Source: Octopus sinensis
Taxonomy: Eukaryota
NCBI RefSeq assembly: GCF_006345805.1
Contig: NC_043006.1
Location: forward strand, 105,586,001 to 105,650,000
Length of the DNA: 64,000 bases
Direction: 5' to 3'
The first letter of the stretch is position 1. Every line of letters starts with the position of its first letter. The translations under genes were made by a program, and so were the position numbers. The notes under the pieces are model-generated. The model saw nothing but the letters and a program-made list of their open reading frames with translations. It was not told the origin of the DNA and searched no databases. Of this stretch, positions 61,827 to 64,000 are shown in pieces.

Positions 61827-62599
61827 TATATGTACATAGACCTACAGTGGACGACGGCTTTGTTGGTACGAAGATCTTGGTTTGATACGACAGTGCGCAT
61901 CCTGAGGCAAATGTCTGGCAATAGAGCTTTACGTTGACTGCGCATATAGACACACACAAACACACGCACACACATACACACATACACACACACACACGTA
62001 CACCTGCGCACGTGTGTGTTTGTTTGTGCGTGTGTGTACATACGCACAAATACAGATGTACAAACGTATGTTCGTCCGTCCGTCCGTCTGTATGTACGTA
62101 CGTATGTATGCTTGTATGTATGTATGAATAAGTGTATGCGTTTAGGTAAGAAGCTTGTATCCAAACTACACGATTCAGGGTTCAATCCCATTGCATGGTG
62201 TCTTGGACAAGTGTCTACTACAGCCTTGTAAGTGAATTTGGCAGATGGAAACTGAAGGAAGCCTATCGGATTATATATATATATATATGTATATGTATAT
62301 ATAGTTGGAATTTACACACAAAAAAATAAAACAAAACATAAGTTGAAGACGGGTGTGCAACGCTCGGGAAGTTTCGAGCATACGCTCTTCAACGGAAAGG
62401 AGCACACATATAAACAGAGAGAGAAAAAAGGTTTAGTGGCTAGCGATCAATCGCACACACACACACACACACAAACAAAGTGAGCGGCAATATCCCCATT
62501 TAAACGAGAATGTTCACTTACAAGAAACTATTTTGTGGTAGATATGAGAAATACTCTTATATTGACTTTTGGTGCGACATGCACACTTGTTAATATCGC

Positions 62600-63808
62600 T
62601 AACGCGGAGACAAACAGGTAAATCCCGACAATCTTCAGTGCCGAGACCACCAGAACACACGTGATTTCGACCTTTCTTCGTAGTGTCAATGATAGACACT
62701 CGACCGCTAAAGATAGCAGTGACGACTCATCGTCCCGCCTCCGATATATAGACAAACAGCACCATAAGAGGCGCTGGTGTTGCGAGATATCCGACACAGC
62801 AATGACACCCCGGTCTCGCGCCAATTCCGCTCTACCGGTCACTCTTTGCAACACCTGTCCGTGTTCGGATTATCCTTGCACAGGGGCCATCCGGACTCCC
62901 GTTTGCGCCGTGAACAGGGAGTAATCTTCTCTCTTCGCTCCTTTGCGCTACATGGGCTCAAATCTCCTCCCCTCTTCATCTAACCTCTCCTCTCTACCCC
63001 TCACACCTACATCCTCCCACCCACCTCTCCTCTCTTGCTCCGATTCCTACTTCTCTTCACTCCTACTCTCCTTCTCTCTTCTCTTCACTCCTACCCACCT
63101 TCTCCTTCCCCCTTTCATCGTCATTCCTCCCTCTTAAGCCCACCCCACCCCTACACATTCTACCCCAACTTCCCTAATCTTTCCCAACCCCACCCCACCC
63201 CATCCCTTACACCCACTCCCACATACCCCACCTGTACCCCCACCCTCCGCCTGCCCACATACCCCACCACTACCCTCAGCCTAACCCATGCCCCACCCTT
63301 TCTTTCCCCACTCTCGCCTCCCCCACCTCTCAACACCATCACACAACACCACGCACTACTACACCATACACTACCATACCACATCACAACACATCTCAAC
63401 ACACCACCAGGCACACACCAGCACTGGCCACTTCCCAGACCCACATTTTCACACCTACACATACACACACGCACACGTCAAGATCACCAGCCCTCTTCTA
63501 CACGCACATACAAACTCTCTTATATACACGCACGCGCACCTTCGTTTGGGGATCACCACTACTTTATTATCTCTCTTTCTCCCTCGCTCTACTGTGTGAC
63601 TCTTCTGTCCGGCATTCGCCATGATAGATCGCTAACCACTACACATTCTTTATTTTCTCTCCTTGTTTCTTTCTGTGTTTCTTTCTGTGGAAGAGCGTAG
63701 GCTCGAAACGTTAAAGACTTTTTCACTTCCCGAGCGTTATACTAATACATCTGTTTGTTTTCTACACTACCTGTCTTCGTCTTTTGTTTTTTTGTGTGAA
63801 TTCTCCCT
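62600..63808 (+). mobile_element. Penelope-like element 3' part (GIY-YIG C-terminus, pyrimidine-rich UTR, pLTR), ending at (TA)n
   Basis: LRDIRHSNDTPVSRQFRSTGHSLQHLSVFGL..SRLRREQGVIFSLRSFALHGL matches the PLE pattern PVARHF.S.GH..DL.V.GL..R..REQ.LIF.L.T..P.GLN. Confidence 0.85.
63680..63717 (+). ncRNA. PLE-associated minimal hammerhead motif (mutated copy)
   Basis: TCTTT CTGTGGA A GAGC GTAG GCTC GAAA CG TT AAAGA: same architecture as 30526-30562; A6>U and GUU suggest inactivity. Confidence 0.7.
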
Positions 63809-64000
63809 ATATATATATATACGCACGCACACACATTAATGTACATGTGGATGACAGAGTTGAAAACCATATGTGAGCAATGTATATTTATAAAAATCCA
63901 AACAATATGAACTCAGTGCTCGTGCACTTAGTTACATACATACATAATGTTATATATATATTTGGAGAGAAGATTTTTTCTCAAAGAGTTAAGAGTTAGA

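Overview
Gene-poor, repeat-saturated animal DNA. The SINE families and microsatellite spectrum look octopus/cephalopod-like (inferred, not searched). No host gene could be confirmed; nearly all of the computed ORF track is microsatellite translation. What the sequence supports: three Tx1-type (L1-clade) LINE copies (one near full-length), three restriction-like-endonuclease (R4/Dong-type) LINE fragments, four Penelope-like element (PLE) remnants, RTE fragments, several mariner/Tc1 elements and MITEs, many tRNA-derived SINEs, and a 100-N gap. The main hidden signal is a set of eight minimal type-I hammerhead ribozyme motifs at seven loci. Two lie downstream of PLE GIY-YIG remnants, two sit in a non-coding 340-bp tandem (retrozyme-like), and different families carry different palindromes in stem III. 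Second, each retroelement type is embedded in its own microsatellite: Tx1 in (TATC)n, one RLE-LINE in (CATA)n, a Dong-like LINE next to (TAA)n, PLEs next to (TA)n. A SINE also shares its 3' tail with the Tx1 LINE. Third, there are several local inverted or templated rearrangements. Coordinates and alignments were read by eye; ends of degenerate repeats are approximate.
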